Part shown: positions 15,080 through 29,069 of the stretch, piece after piece
Numbering within the stretch: the stretch's first letter is position 1
How the letters are laid out: the number at the start of each line of letters is the position of its first letter
Program-made: the position numbers and the translations under genes
Notes under the pieces: generated by a model
Seen by the model: only the letters and a program-made list of their open reading frames with translations
What the model was told of the DNA's origin: nothing
Databases searched by the model: none
Source of the DNA: Eledone cirrhosa
Taxonomy: Eukaryota
Assembly (NCBI GenBank): GCA_964016885.1
Contig: OZ024747.1
Coordinates: 70,432,001-70,496,000 of the forward strand
Length of the DNA stretch: 64,000 nucleotides
Reading direction: 5' to 3'

Positions 15080-15270
15080 AACAAGTAAGACCCCGACAGC
15101 TGAGCTCAAGCCGTTTCGACGGCTAATTCTGTACTGAATTAGCCGTCGAAACGGCTTGAGCTCAGCTGTCGGGGTCTTACTTGTTCCTATTACCCACTCT
15201 ACTACCCTAAGTATTGAGTACTTTGGTGTGTTATGGTCCACCTGGTTCTTTACCACTTTTCTTTCGTTAT
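15075..15270 (+). mobile_element. Hairpin pLTR element (55-bp perfect inverted arms + about 80-bp tail) in (TA)n
   Basis: Arms 15075-15129 / 15136-15190; each arm holds the 3' half of an HHR (GAAA-CGGC...GCUG-UC). Confidence 0.8.
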
Positions 15271-16735
15271 ATATATATATATACATCTATGTAGCTTTTT
15301 CTTGGACGACGAGGTAAATAATATGTACCTAGACAGTCTCCTCGAAGTATTTACTTATCTGTCTATACAGGATGATCTATATGTTTAGGATGCTCAAAAT
15401 TACGATCAGGCGCCGTTCATGGGAAATATGGAGATAAATTGACTGAACCAAGATCAGAAACCACTTTAAAAGGAGTCTATTATTTTTATGACACATGCCA
15501 TTGTATATAGGTATTGAAGATTAAATTAACTCAGTATATTGCGAGTACTTATTAAATGATGATGAGATTTGAACTCAAAACAGTTAAGAATCTATCTAGA
15601 TGTATATTAAAACATCAAGTATATCGTGCTAATATCATTTAGTGCTATGTTTCGTGCAAACATCACTTAGTGGTGTGTTTTGTCAGACGTCTACTTGTGT
15701 CTATTGGCAATAAAAAATGATTTTATATGATTATTTATAATAGCAAAACTGCCTTGTGTTACAGAAATTACGACAGCGTTGACAGATTTATGTTTAAAAA
15801 AATCGTGCTAGAATTACACCTTAGATAAAGTATGATAGTTTTGAGTTATTTCCTCTTCTTTCTAAACGTAAAAGGATACGCTAATTTTCGTTGTTGCTAA
15901 ATTATCAATAAAGAACAATATTAAAAGTCACTTCTGTTCAATCCATCTTTTCTATACTTTTTATAACATGTGTGTTTATACAGATGAGTATTCTGCTCAA
16001 TGTGTCTATCGGGATAGAAGAATTTGTAATTGACTTCAATGCACTGTGTTCCTTCGTCAGCTGAAAGGTACATAGGTTCCATAGATTGGGACAACTGAAC
16101 AAGGTGATTTGGGGAGTGATTAAAGTTAAGGCTTGTTACAATAGTTTGTAGCACGATATCATAGCAATTAAACATATTACAAGATCCAATGGTTGGACAA
16201 CTCGTTACGAAGTTTAAACTATTGACCAATATGTCCCAGGTGTGTATCCTATTTTTTTTTATTACTAATGTATTAGGTTCGTAGCAAATCTACTAAGCCT
16301 TTTATAACTACTTACCTCTAACTGATACCGCGCTTAAGAGCACGTCCCATTGCAACCTGTTTCAACTTCGCCTCGCGGAAAAAATGACAAAGTTATTACC
16401 ATGAAGAATGGCCAGAGACCACCGCTGCAACTGCCACCCCATCTCACGGGGCTCCTTCCTCAAGCAGGTTGCTGTCATTCCGATTTTACGGTGGAAATCA
16501 GGAGTACGGGGACCAAAGAAACCAAAGGTCTCAACGGAGACCGGTACAAGTCAGGCGCCAGTATTTAACTATCTTTCTCTCCTCTGCGCTGCAAGCAGCG
16601 GGGCCTAAGCCATAAAACTGAGAGATGAGATGTATACATATAATATACATATAACGAGTATAGGAATTTATGAATAAGATGGTGGGGCGCTCATGGTTTA
16701 TTTTGTTTCTAACAAAATTTGTCTTTGTCTTCAGT

Positions 16736-16791
<56 letters not shown>

Positions 16792-18708
16792 GTACGTATG
16801 TATATATGTATATATGTGTGTGTGTGTGCATAGACACCCATGTGTACGTTTTTGAAGACTCTCATTCAATTGATTATAAAACACCCAACACTAGGTTTTG
16901 TTCATTATTTCTTACTTATTGTTCCTTTCTTGATATTTATCTCAGAATATAAATAGTAATGATGTTTGCTGCTCAGTAAGAAAAAATAGCAGCTTTGTCA
17001 GGCCAGTGGGTCGTATACGATACGTCATTTAAAGTAATGTTTTGCACTCAGAAATAAACTTCACCAATTAGAAGAAAGGAACGTTATTGTTACTTTTAGT
17101 GGTTTACCATAGACGGATAGAAAGAATGATTGATTGATGAAGCAGGTAGGTTGTTTTGGTAGATGATAGTTAGATCTTTAGTAACAAACAACACTTGTTC
17201 TTCGAGCAATATGAAATCTGTTGTTTTCACTAGATGTTTTTCAATCTCATGTTTATCACACATGCTTTGCTAGGTCTCATTTTTATGTGTTTTTCTTAAA
17301 CTTTTCTTCCTTTACCGATTATTATTCTCAATCTTTCAACTTTTGTCACAACTCATTTTCTTTTTCCTCTCTTCAAAACCTACCAATTATTCTACATCTC
17401 GTCTTTTTTCCTTCATAATTCGTCGTTTTTCTGCTCTTTCTTTTCCTTTTCTACAATTTTGCTTACCGTTTTTACAAAGGTGCTTCATTTTCTCCGCTTA
17501 TTTTGTTTAGTGCATATGTTGTTCTTTCTCTATTTTCTCTATTTCTTCTAAATTATACTTTGTTCTTTTCTTCTTTTTTTTTGGAATTGGTTTCGTGAGA
17601 CTAACCCATCTGTTTGTTTAAGTTGTCCTCTTTGTCATGGCGTTTTTATCTCTTTTCCACGTTTACGCAGGCATTTCTCATATCAATATACCAAATATTG
17701 ATCTAACAATTCCAACAGAACTTTGTTGTAATTTATTATAGATACATTTCTCATGTTTTCCTACAGATGCATTTCATATTGCAATCTTTTTCTCATCACT
17801 ATGATATCAATCTTAACATTTATATTAATTACAATCGGAACAGTCTCTATTTGTCTTCTGATATGTTTATATCATTGTATCTCCTAACGTTTATCAATTG
17901 TCAGATAGTTACACTTTTGTAATAAATAAAGTTTCGTTGTGATAATAACAATTTGATATTGGAAAATTGTCTCTGTTTTTCAAAATAGCTTCTAATATAA
18001 ATTTCTCAAGTCTCCATCCTATCACACTTAAGATGTATGAAATACTTGACAAAAGAAAACAGACAAGATTTTGTTCAGTGTAACAGATGGCAAGCCTCTA
18101 CTAATTCATTATTGTATATATTTTGCCATACTTACCACATATAATCACAAGCAAATGTTACAATTGTAATTGACAATATAGAGTAACCCTTTGTTGTGCA
18201 TCTATTAAAACCAACTTGTGTTGGACCAATTAAGGAGAGAGGTAGTCATCATTATTTACAACAATGTTGCCTGTCATACACACAATCTGAAGAAAAACAA
18301 ACGAAAAATAGGACACACATCTATATCATACAGAATATGTATTGTTATGCTTGTTTGTGTGTAGTGGTAATTTATCTAACACACATAGCAAAGAAAATAT
18401 CCTTCCGCTCTCAGTATGTTTACATATAATCCCAGGGTGCCTGTCACGGCTATCTATGTGAAATCTCCAATATCCGAACACCAGATTTTGTTTTGTCAAA
18501 CGGACATTTCGGAAGCAATATACTTGAAAAGGTTACTTTAAAACGTTTTATATCAGACAAAATAATTAATAATGATTGAATAGCTTTATAGTACAATGAT
18601 TCCACTGGTTTTAAATACGATATTTCACCTGGTTAAACTACAGTATAATGGAGTCAAGATTAGACGATATTCCCCGTTTTACGAGAAACAAAACTAATAC
18701 ATAATAAA

Positions 18709-18827
<119 letters not shown>

Positions 18828-19099
18828 TGGTAAAAAAAAGGTAGAACCACATTCGGGCATGAACGCTCCTGCGCTTTGCATCAAGAAAGTGCCCCTACGA
18901 TGTACAAACACGTGCAAAATTGTTTGTGGAGGACCAGCAGTGACACATTCATAACATCTTCCCTTCTCTGCGCAATGCATGTAGTCCAGGGGAAAGGCAA
19001 TACCCATTAAAACTTCAAACAAGTGACATATCACCACATATTTCTACAGCTGAGTGAACAACGTGGGCCGGATGGCTGGAACAGGTAAAAGAGTAAAAG

Positions 19100-19126
<27 letters not shown>

Positions 19127-19130
<4 letters not shown>

Positions 19131-20398
19131 TATTAGAATAACAGATTAAAGTTTAAGCAAAGAATCGCTGCTTTCACCCTTAACGGGATCTTTTGAAACT
19201 AACAAAGTCAATCTGTAAACGCAGAAGTGGATATTTCAAAAAACGTTGCAACCGGAGGAAGACAGGAAGACGATACTTTGGTTCGTGGAAACGTTCGCTG
19301 GCAAAGAACTGGAAAAACGAATATAATACGTCATTTATAGGAGCGGTGAAAAACAATTACGCGCAAAGACAGAACCACGTTTATGGTATAAAAGAAGTCG
19401 TAGACTAATGTTCTCTTAGGTGGTTCATAGAGACGTTCTCTGGCAATGAACGAAAAAACGAAGATAATACGTCATATGTGGAGCGTGGAGAACAATAGCA
19501 CGCAAAGACAAAACCACGTAAATGGTATAGCTCAAGTCGTAGACTAAAATTCTAACTAGGAAACCGTAAGAATCTCCGCTTCAGAGTTAAGAATAAAGTA
19601 AAAAAATACAATACAGAGGTAATAGAAATTAAATAAATACATACACGCATGCAAATACGTACATACACAAGCATACGCGAAAACACTTGCCATAGGTATA
19701 CAAAACGACGCACATATAAATATGTGTGTGTGTGCGTGTATACAAATAAATAAATAAATAAATAAACGTATATAAATAAATAAATACGTATATAACAAAC
19801 GCACACACATACCTACATGTAAATACACAAATGTTCGGATACGTACGTCAACCAAAATATGAAGTACACATATACACACACCCTACATACGTACGAACCT
19901 GCATACTCACACAGACGCAAAACTCCCGTATACACATAACCAAACCATATGTACCAGAATATATAAAATTATACGCCATAACATATACAATCAAATATAC
20001 GTACGAGAAAGTATACGTACCTTCACAAAACATACAGGTAATATATACTTTCCTATGCAAATAAGTAATGGTATAAACATAACATATACTTAGCTACCAC
20101 ATCAAAACGTATATCCACGTATAGATCGTACTATCCGTTAGGGTATAATTTGGGGCTGTAATATAGGAAAGTTTTGTGCAATTTATGTTTACAAGCCGAA
20201 ATTGCCTCAGAATTTTTGTTTAAGATGTGGTCTGTGGCGTAGAGTATTTCCATGGCCTCAGCGGCGCAGAGGTCACATAGTCTAAAAGACAACCACACCC
20301 TATTTAAGTTACACTGGGAGGTCCTAGCTAGGGCTAGATTGTATAACGGAAATAAAAGACCATGTGACCTATGCGCCGCTGAGGCCCTGGAAATACTC
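19127..20398 (-). mobile_element. 3' fragment of the same PLE family with a local 5' inversion (20279-20398 on +)
   Basis: 19127-20278 matches the 3'UTR and ORF end in reverse; 20279-20398 matches about 33611-33730 in forward orientation. Confidence 0.88.
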
Positions 20399-20639
20399 AG
20401 CCCTCCCACTTATTACATTTTAGTAATCTCCGGTGACATTTTATGGTTAGTTAATCATATTGATAGAGCTGCTGCAGAATCTAATAATTATTTTATTTTA
20501 TATTTAAAAAGAAAACATTATATATGACAAAAGAAGAACATTACAAGAAATCTCATATTTACGAACATAGACTATACAATTCCTGATTTCCCAAGCCGCC
20601 CCCATTATTGCCACCCCTCATATTATTTGGGATCCTAGA

Positions 20640-21250
20640 GTGCCAGAAAACTTTCCTCCTCTCTATGTCTATCATAGAAAACTCTCTTTTAATCCCCCTC
20701 TTTGTATCTACTAAAATCAATCTCTACCCCTCTGTATATCAACCACGACACCGCCTCTCTTACCCCACTCTCTATATCTAAGACTAATACACTCACCCTT
20801 TTTAAATATCTACACTTATCTCTCCCAATCCCCCTCTGTATATCAATCACCCCTAACCTCTCACCCTCTCTATATCTACTACATGGCCCTCTCCCATTAT
20901 CCCTCTCTATATACCTACAACCACCAAACTTTCCCCCTCTTTACATCAACCACACAGAACTCTTTTCCAATCCACCTCTCTATATCAAGTAACACCAAAC
21001 TCTCCCCCTCTCTCTATCTACTACAGGGAACTCTCTTCCAATACTCCTCTCTATATCAATTAACACCAAACTCTTCCCCTATCTATATCTCCTATGAAGA
21101 ACTCTCTTCCAATATCCCTCTCTCTATCAATTAACCAAAAACTCTCCCCCTATCTATATCTAATATACAACATACTCTCCCAACCATCCTCTCTATATCA
21201 ATTACCACCAAACTCTCCCTCTTTTTATATCTATATCTATCTCTACCATC
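20640..21250. repeat. Degenerate C/T-rich minisatellite, period about 71 bp (about 35-bp subunits)
   Basis: ctctcttccaat at 21031 and 21102; recurring cctctctatatc. Confidence 0.7.
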
Positions 21251-21467
21251 TGTCTATACATAACATATACATACATTGTAGCGCATATACAAATAGATGT
21301 GGGCTTTTGGTAGTTTGGGGAAAAAAATATAATTATTGGGTAGGCCATGGCTCCTTTGAAAGGTTCCACCGCCCTTGGTTTGTATGTATTTATGGATATA
21401 TGTATGTGTGTGTTTGTGTGTGAGTGTGTGCGCATGTATGTATTTATTTATTTATATTTTTTTTTAT

Positions 21468-21795
21468 ATGGGAGTGAAAGGCCTCCAACTGTTGTCACAA
21501 CACCTTTCTAGGAGAGGGAAACTCTGAAAAAAAGACAACAACAAAACCTGCGGTTTCGGAAGCATCCTATGATGTTGACCAGTTCTCCTTTTCGGGTAGT
21601 GATTTCGATATTCAGAGAGTGGGATTGGTCGAGTGCAAGGCCTTTCCCCACTTAAAAAACATTCAAAGCACAGGCATTGCTTGTTCAGGATATGTTACAC
21701 TTCCGTGTGGCTGGCCGTAGCCTGAAAGTGCACCAAACTCTATAATCTGACAAGCAATTGCAATACTCTTAGCAGAATTTTCAGCCATCATCTAT
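21468..21795 (+). repeat. About 300-bp interspersed repeat (reverse copy about 54200-54525; ctaggagaaggaaaactctga motif also at 50650), possibly RTE 5'-derived
   Basis: Direct sequence match between the two loci; both end at (ATGT)n-like tracts. Confidence 0.6.
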
Positions 21796-22282
21796 GTGTG
21801 TATGTATGCATGTATGGATGGATGGACGGATGGATGCACGTTTGTATGTATATATTGGACGCTGGAAGACATTATCAACCAAAGTAGGATTTATTTCAGA
21901 ACGTATATATATACAACTCTAAATTCAACAGAGCATTTTGTCAGCCAGAAATTTGAATTAATTCAGCCGGCTTCAGGTCTGGACTCTCACTATATTATGT
22001 CGAATAAATCAAAGCAGTATTTGATATCAGATCGTAAAGGATCACAATTTATATGCTGGTGTCACTCAATTCAGTGATCTACTGGCTTGTTATCTACCAT
22101 ACATTTGTCGATGATGAAGAAAATGAACATTAAAATACTGAAGATGATCATCACCATCATCACAATACTAATATGAATAGCTTTCGCTTGAGGCGATCTT
22201 CTGCCATATTTAGGTTTTGTCAACACATATTTTCTCAAAAGCATTGTAGCAAGATAATATTCTTACGCGTGTTTAAATATTT

Positions 22283-22319
<37 letters not shown>

Positions 22320-22324
<5 letters not shown>

Positions 22325-22516
22325 AAAATGTTCAAGACCCCGACGGCAGAGCTCAAGCCGTTTCGACAGCTATTTCAGTCCAGGAATAGCCATCGAAACG
22401 GCTTGAGCTCTGCCATCGGGGTCTTGAGCATTTTCCTATTATCCACTCTACTACCCTAAGTATCGAGTACTCTGGTGCGTTATGGTCCATCTGGTTCCTT
22501 ACCACACTTCCTTCGT

Positions 22517-22520
<4 letters not shown>
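22320..22520 (+). mobile_element. Hairpin pLTR element, second copy
   Basis: Inverted arms about 22320-22376 / 22383-22439, same tail, (TA)n flanks. Confidence 0.8.
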
Positions 22521-22547
<27 letters not shown>

Positions 22548-22716
22548 GACGTAAAATAAGAAAATTATAAAAATTAACTTACATACTAAGTAGGCAGTGA
22601 TTTTTTTAATGTCTTGGAATTTAGTCCACGCTTGCTTTTTTCCATCCACTGAATTATTTTTGTATAAGTTCCCTGTGTCCACTCATCGCCTGGGAACTTA
22701 GCTGAGAATAGACTCC

Positions 22717-22763
22717 CTGATGACGAAAGGCTTTTTCCATGCGTTCCATTCGGAAACCATGTT
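22717..22763 (+). ncRNA. Probable decayed hammerhead
   Basis: CUGAUGA-CGAAAGG...CCAUUCG-GAAA-CCAUG-UU; proximal stem I not pairable. Confidence 0.4.
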
Positions 22764-23032
22764 TATTCCCTTTCAGAAACTAAATTAGTTGGAGTGAAAT
22801 TTTAGTAAGTAAGTTAATTTTTATAATTTTCTTATTTTACGTCTTTCATATAATTGTTCTGCATCCCTTTGCATTGAACCACAAAGTTACTAAGACAAAA
22901 CCTATATATTTGCTAGCATAGTTATGCATCTGTATATATATGTTGGTAGATATACTAATTCTCTCTCTCTCTATATATATATATAAACACATACACACAC
23001 ATACAAACACACACACACACTCTCTCTCACAG

Positions 23033-23064
<32 letters not shown>

Positions 23065-23168
23065 GTATATATATATATATATGTATATATATTTACTTTA
23101 ATAGCGAGAGAGATGGACAGTCATTGTATTTATTTGTTCGTCTGTTTGTGTGTATGCGCGTTTATGTA

Positions 23169-23203
<35 letters not shown>

Positions 23204-25665
23204 CTGTATGGGCGTGCGTGTTTATGATTTTGTTTGTGAGCCGATTTGACATACGGTTTTGTCAGTAGATAACTGTATGCTTCAATGTCCTGAAGGTTGA
23301 ATTACATAGTTAATATGAGTCAATCATAGATGAAATCAAAAGGTGCAATAAATGAACAAGATTTTGACGGTATTCATATCTTATTACCCCGGAAGCCTAG
23401 AATTGAGAAATTGGTCATTGAAACCATAAATTAAATTATCTTTTTTCTCAGTTCTTTCTACCATGTACCTCTGCCTTTTGGCACGTCGTAATCGTACAAA
23501 GTGCCTTTAGACAAACTTTGGATCATTGGATCTTTCATTGGTGGATTTTACTTAACTAATAGCTTTTTATCGATCAATGACTTTCGTTGCTACCTCTTAT
23601 TTCACATTTATCACCAAAGCCATAAAACTGATTTTTGCTTTTCTGCTTTGTTGTTATATATATTTTTGTATATAGTTCAGATCAGTTTCTATTTGTTTCT
23701 CATAACATGTGACATAGTAGAACAAGAAGTATGTACGGGAACCCTACAATATAAATGATATAACCTGTCAAATAGTGGAAACGGCTCTCCTAGCGAACAC
23801 AATGTCTAACCATACACGGAGAGGAAATACTCGCTACTAGCTTACCTATATATTGAAGCATGCTGCTCTAAATGTACATACGTCTATTTATGTTACGTAT
23901 TTTAGATGGATGTTTTCGAATATAATATATATTTTATGAAGACAAATGGTGGTAGAAGATGAGATTTTGGACAGCTTCAATGAGAAAATGAATAGAGTGA
24001 TAATGATAAACGAATTAATCACAAAGCATGACGTTAAATTATATTCTTCAAGATAAAAACATTTTTCAAGTTCCATATTATCGGTATGTAGACAGAGAAA
24101 GACATTTGCAAAAGAGAGAGATAAGGGTTTAGATGTAGAAGTTTACAATAGTGATTTCTTGAATATGTGTAGTCGATTAAATATGTGTAGTCGATTAAAA
24201 CCTTTAAGAACGGATTTGAAATCAGCGTAAACACAACCTAATTAAGAAAAGCATGAAAATTTAAATCAAACGATGCGGCTTCTACGTGGTATTTAATTCT
24301 GTATGAAATAACATTTAAATTATATCAAATAAAACGCTAGTTTAGTAAACAAGGGAAGATCCCTTTGCTATTGTTGTCTCTAACGTAAAAAAAAGACGGG
24401 ACTAACGAGGAGCTAAAGTACTTCAAATAACAGCCACAAGAAACAAATTCATATATATTTCAGTGATAATGAATGGGTATTGCAATTTACTATGTCGCAA
24501 TCAATATATAATCAAGATTTAATCAATATATATTTAATAAATAATAATTATATTACTCTATATATGATCAATATTAGCAGGAAAACGAAAATGGCAAGAT
24601 CGTATAGTATTCTTGTGCAGGATTTTGATTGAATCCATACAAGGAAAGTTTTATGCGTTATCCAGAAGAATATTTAGTCACTATTTTACAAGATAATCAT
24701 TATTGGACATTATTTCACACTCTTTGCTGTTTAATTATAATCTAAATAAATACCAATAAGTTGTTTTGCATTTAAGTTTTGCAATTCGATTGGTATGAAG
24801 ATCTGTTAATTAGATAAGCACTGTTTATATGTATGTTGCATTTAATTAAGTTATTTCTACCCACAAGAGAGGCCGTAGTTGATATCCTTTTACATCTAGT
24901 TTCAGTGTTTATGCTCGTTTCCTTAACACTCTGCGGTATTCTTCACTCTCAAGAGATAATCCATTCTCATCAAAATCCTTTATTCATGGCAAGTGTACAT
25001 ATGTAGTTGTCAATCGAATGCGATCTTTAAGGGTTCTAACCATAATGTTAGGAAAACGAACGTGGTCCGCTGTGACTTTGACAACTTTATTTATTGTTCA
25101 AGTCAGGAATTTTATGATATCCAAACAAATAAATTTTCTTATTATTATTCCGACAATCTTTTCCTTGGAGTGAACACCATATTCTAACAAGTACTCTTGA
25201 ACTTGTGAATAAAATAATTAATGAGTATGCAGAGATGTTTGAGATCTCCGAGGAACCATAATAATCTGCAACTAATATCAATTTTAAATTGCTAAATTCT
25301 AACGAGAATGCTTTTAATCTCGCTCCCTCTGAACACGGACATAAAGACGTTACATATGTGCACACACACAACACACAAATACAAAAACAAATATAGACGC
25401 ATATGTCTGTGAAATTGTGTGTGGTGTGCACATGTGTATATGTGCATGTGTGTGCATCTTATATTCTTAGATTGATTCTAGACATGAGGCTGTTCGGAAG
25501 CATACACAAGCATACAAGCATATATATATTATATACGTACACACAAACACACACACACGCATATATATATGTGTATATATATAAATATATATATATATAT
25601 GTATGTTTACTACATAGAGCACTCTTTTTTCCTGGACTTTTCCGACGGAATTACTTCATTTATAT

Positions 25666-25753
<88 letters not shown>

Positions 25754-25777
25754 GTATGTTTATGTATGTTTGTCGGC

Positions 25778-26258
25778 TGCTAAAACCTATAGTACAGGGA
25801 TGTCCCACTGCGGGCTATGTGATCTTGAGCTATTGTATATCCTCAAAAATGTAAAAAAGCTACTTAACAATAAGTTAGAAAGATCTATCTTCTGCAGACA
25901 TAGAATTGCCACTAAATTCATAAGATTCAAACCTCCGTGAATCGAACCAACACAACATAGCTTTAAATTAGGATACCTACTACCCACAGAAATATATTCA
26001 TTAAGTATACTATATCCTTCATAAGTCTATACCACACAAATGTCTGTAAGTACCTCATCAACCCACAAACTTATTCCTTCTCAGCTGCTGCCATCATTTG
26101 ATCCTAAATTCTAGTTTTTCTCAAATCACTACTACAATGTAATTTTACCTTCCTTTTGCCATAATTACAATTAGCACGCTTATCTCTTTGCATGTATGTA
26201 TATTTTTGTACGAGTGTATATTGATGTGTATGTATGTGTCTATGTACACATGCATGTG

Positions 26259-26320
<62 letters not shown>

Positions 26321-26860
26321 AATATATGCGTATATTACCTCGTTAACCTCTGTATTAACTCAACAACTATTTAGCTTTGACAGTGTTGTCCCACTCATGT
26401 ATGTTATTGAAGATGAAAAGAAAGACTGTAAACACTGGCTTATCTTTATAATTTAAAATTGATACACACTTCGATACTCTGTACATGCCAAACTCTTACT
26501 TTTGCCTCATGACAGCTAGTTTTACACGCCGTAATCTTAGATACACTATACCCCCCACCTAAGTAATGTCAGGGTCTCCTCAAATAATTTATTAATAGCA
26601 TTGTTGTAATTGTTGTTATTGTTCAAACTGAATGCCATTACTACTTCATATAGTAGCCTGTATATTCTTTTCTTGCCTCTGTATTCTCTTCATTCTCGCA
26701 TGCTCCGAAGATCTGACTGGTTATAATTTTGTATTGGCGATCGAGTAACGTGAAAATAAGCGAAGAGCGATCTCTAGACCTACCAGTTCAGAGAAACAAT
26801 TGTCAGCTATGAGATTAAAAACCTTTTTTGTATAGCAAACCATGTCAACCTTCTTTCCTG

Positions 26861-26862
<2 letters not shown>
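25778..26862 (+). mobile_element. 3' fragment of a different Hydra-like PLE (EN C-terminus, 3'UTR, pLTR) between (TA)n tracts
   Basis: KTYSTGMSHCGLCDLELLYILKNVKKLLNNKLERSIFCRH aligns to the CxLCxxE..N..CxH end of the main ORF; HHR near the 3' end. Confidence 0.8.
26694..26814 (+). ncRNA. Hammerhead motif, CCGAAGA core, about 60-nt insertion in stem II
   Basis: GCU-CCGAAGA-UCUGACUGGU...ACCAGUUCAGA-GAAA-CAAUUG-UC^-AGC. Confidence 0.65.
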
Positions 26863-26950
<88 letters not shown>

Positions 26951-26955
26951 TATAT

Positions 26956-27002
<47 letters not shown>

Positions 27003-27131
27003 AAACATATATATATATATATATATATATATACAAGTTAATATAAATTAATATATTTGATAAACACAAATACCAACATATCCGTGTTTGTATTGTAAAT
27101 GACTAAGTTAGCTAGATTGAAAAATACTAAT

Positions 27132-27186
<55 letters not shown>

Positions 27187-27364
27187 AGAAGCAAAAAATT
27201 GCTTATTGTGATCCAGTTTTTGGTTAAGAAAGCCAGTTTTATGGATGGTTTCAACGTACGGTTAGGGGTAACTCCACAAGTTTGTAAAAATTCCGTTCAA
27301 TCTTGGAGTATAAAGTATAAAAGAGAAAACACAGGTAAGCATTAAGAGAAGGATTTTATCCAGG

Positions 27365-27467
27365 TATTTACGACCGTTTCATTGGTAAGTGCAACCTTAT
27401 ATTGCTATACTGCAAATAGCAGCCACTCAATTATAATTGTTGTTCACAGTCCAAATTTTTCAAAATA
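27365..27467 (-). ncRNA. Candidate hammerhead with U3-A8 core and long stem II
   Basis: UAUU-UUGAAAA-AUUUGG...CCAAU-GAAA-CGGUCG-UA^-AAUA; downstream sequence recurs inverted at 30150-30215 next to a PLE fragment. Confidence 0.45.
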
Positions 27468-27902
27468 GTAAGTTACTCTTGAAATAATTCTTAATATATA
27501 AAAACATTTATTTGCAATTGTATTTACTAGTATAGAGAGAGAGGTATCAGAAGGTGAGGGGACATGCGGAATAGTATAGAGAGAGAGGAAGGGGGAAGAG
27601 GTAGGAAGTAGAGTGACAAACTGAGATGGAGGGAGGGGTAGAGGTGGAAGGATTCCTTGGTCAGTTTTGATAGCAGACTTCATGTCATGGAATGTAGTGA
27701 GTTAAAGAGAATTAAATTGATCATAGTGGGAGGGATGGATAGAGAGGGAGAGAGAAAGGGGGAGATATAAAGAGATAAATATATATATAAGTTGAAAAAA
27801 ATGAAAACGAAATTTCATTTCTCACTCTTAGTATGGCACTTACTTAAATGTAAGTATGTATGTATACGCACATACATATATGTATACAGACGTACAGTAG
27901 TA

Positions 27903-27946
<44 letters not shown>

Positions 27947-28116
27947 TATACACATATGCATACAGGTACACATACATATATGCACGCATCAGTTTAGCCG
28001 ACGTTTATTAAAACGCCTGCTTTGTTCGTTTGTTTGTCAACAAATCGAACAGCCTGAATTTATGCCATACGGTGTTAAGGCAACCACGTCACCTTTTTGT
28101 TCAACACTGACACAGG

Positions 28117-28160
28117 AACGATGTACTAGTTTCAAGCTTGTTAGCTATAATCAGCACGTT
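28117..28160 (-). ncRNA. Family A hammerhead with G8U mutation
   Basis: Minus strand core CUGAUUA; stems retained apart from a 1-nt deletion in stem I. Confidence 0.7.
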
Positions 28161-28440
28161 TACCCATCTGCCAGATAGTTGAACGTTCGAAAGTATATAC
28201 TTTCCTTATGAAAATTAACGGCTGAGCAGCCTAATTTGCATATTGAGTGAGTTAAATCGGTCAAGCATACCGAAAACGATAAGTTGAAAAAAAGGTGACG
28301 TGGTTGCCTTAACACCGTATGGCATAAATTCAGGCTGTTCAATTTGTTGACAAACAAACGAACAAAGCAGGCGTTATAATAAACGTCGGCTAAACTGATG
28401 CGTGCATATATGTATGTGTACCTGTATGCATATGTGTATA

Positions 28441-28528
<88 letters not shown>

Positions 28529-28762
28529 TGCTACTGTACGTCTGTATACATATATGTATGTACGTATACATACATACATACATTTAAGTAAGTGCCATAC
28601 TAAGAGTGAGAAATGAAATTTCGTTTTCATTTTTTTCAACTTATCGTTTTCGGTATGCCTGACCGATTTAACTCACTCAATATGCAAATTAGGCTGCTCA
28701 GCCGTTAATTTTCATAAGGAAAGTATATACTTTCGAACGTTCAACTATCTGGCAGATGGGTA

Positions 28763-28807
28763 AACGGTGCTGATGATAGCTAACAAGCTTGAAACTAGTA
28801 CATCGTT
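28763..28807 (+). ncRNA. Intact minimal type-I hammerhead (family A)
   Basis: AACGGUG-CUGAUGA-UAGCU AACA AGCUU-GAAA-CUAG-UA^-CAUCGUU. Confidence 0.88.
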
Positions 28808-28977
28808 CCTGTGTCAGTGTTGAACAAAAAGGTGACGTGGTTGCCTTAACACCGTATGGCATAAATTCAGGCTGTTCGATTTGTTGACAAACAAACGAAC
28901 AAAGCAGGCGTTATAATAAACGTCGGCTAAACTGATGCGTGCATATATGTATGTGTACCTGTATGCATATGTGTATA

Positions 28978-29069
<92 letters not shown>

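Noticed and set aside
27792-28178. Repeated [19 protein letters not shown] ORFs
   Set aside because: Non-ATG starts running into variable-length (TA)n on the strand opposite the ribozyme; part of family A.
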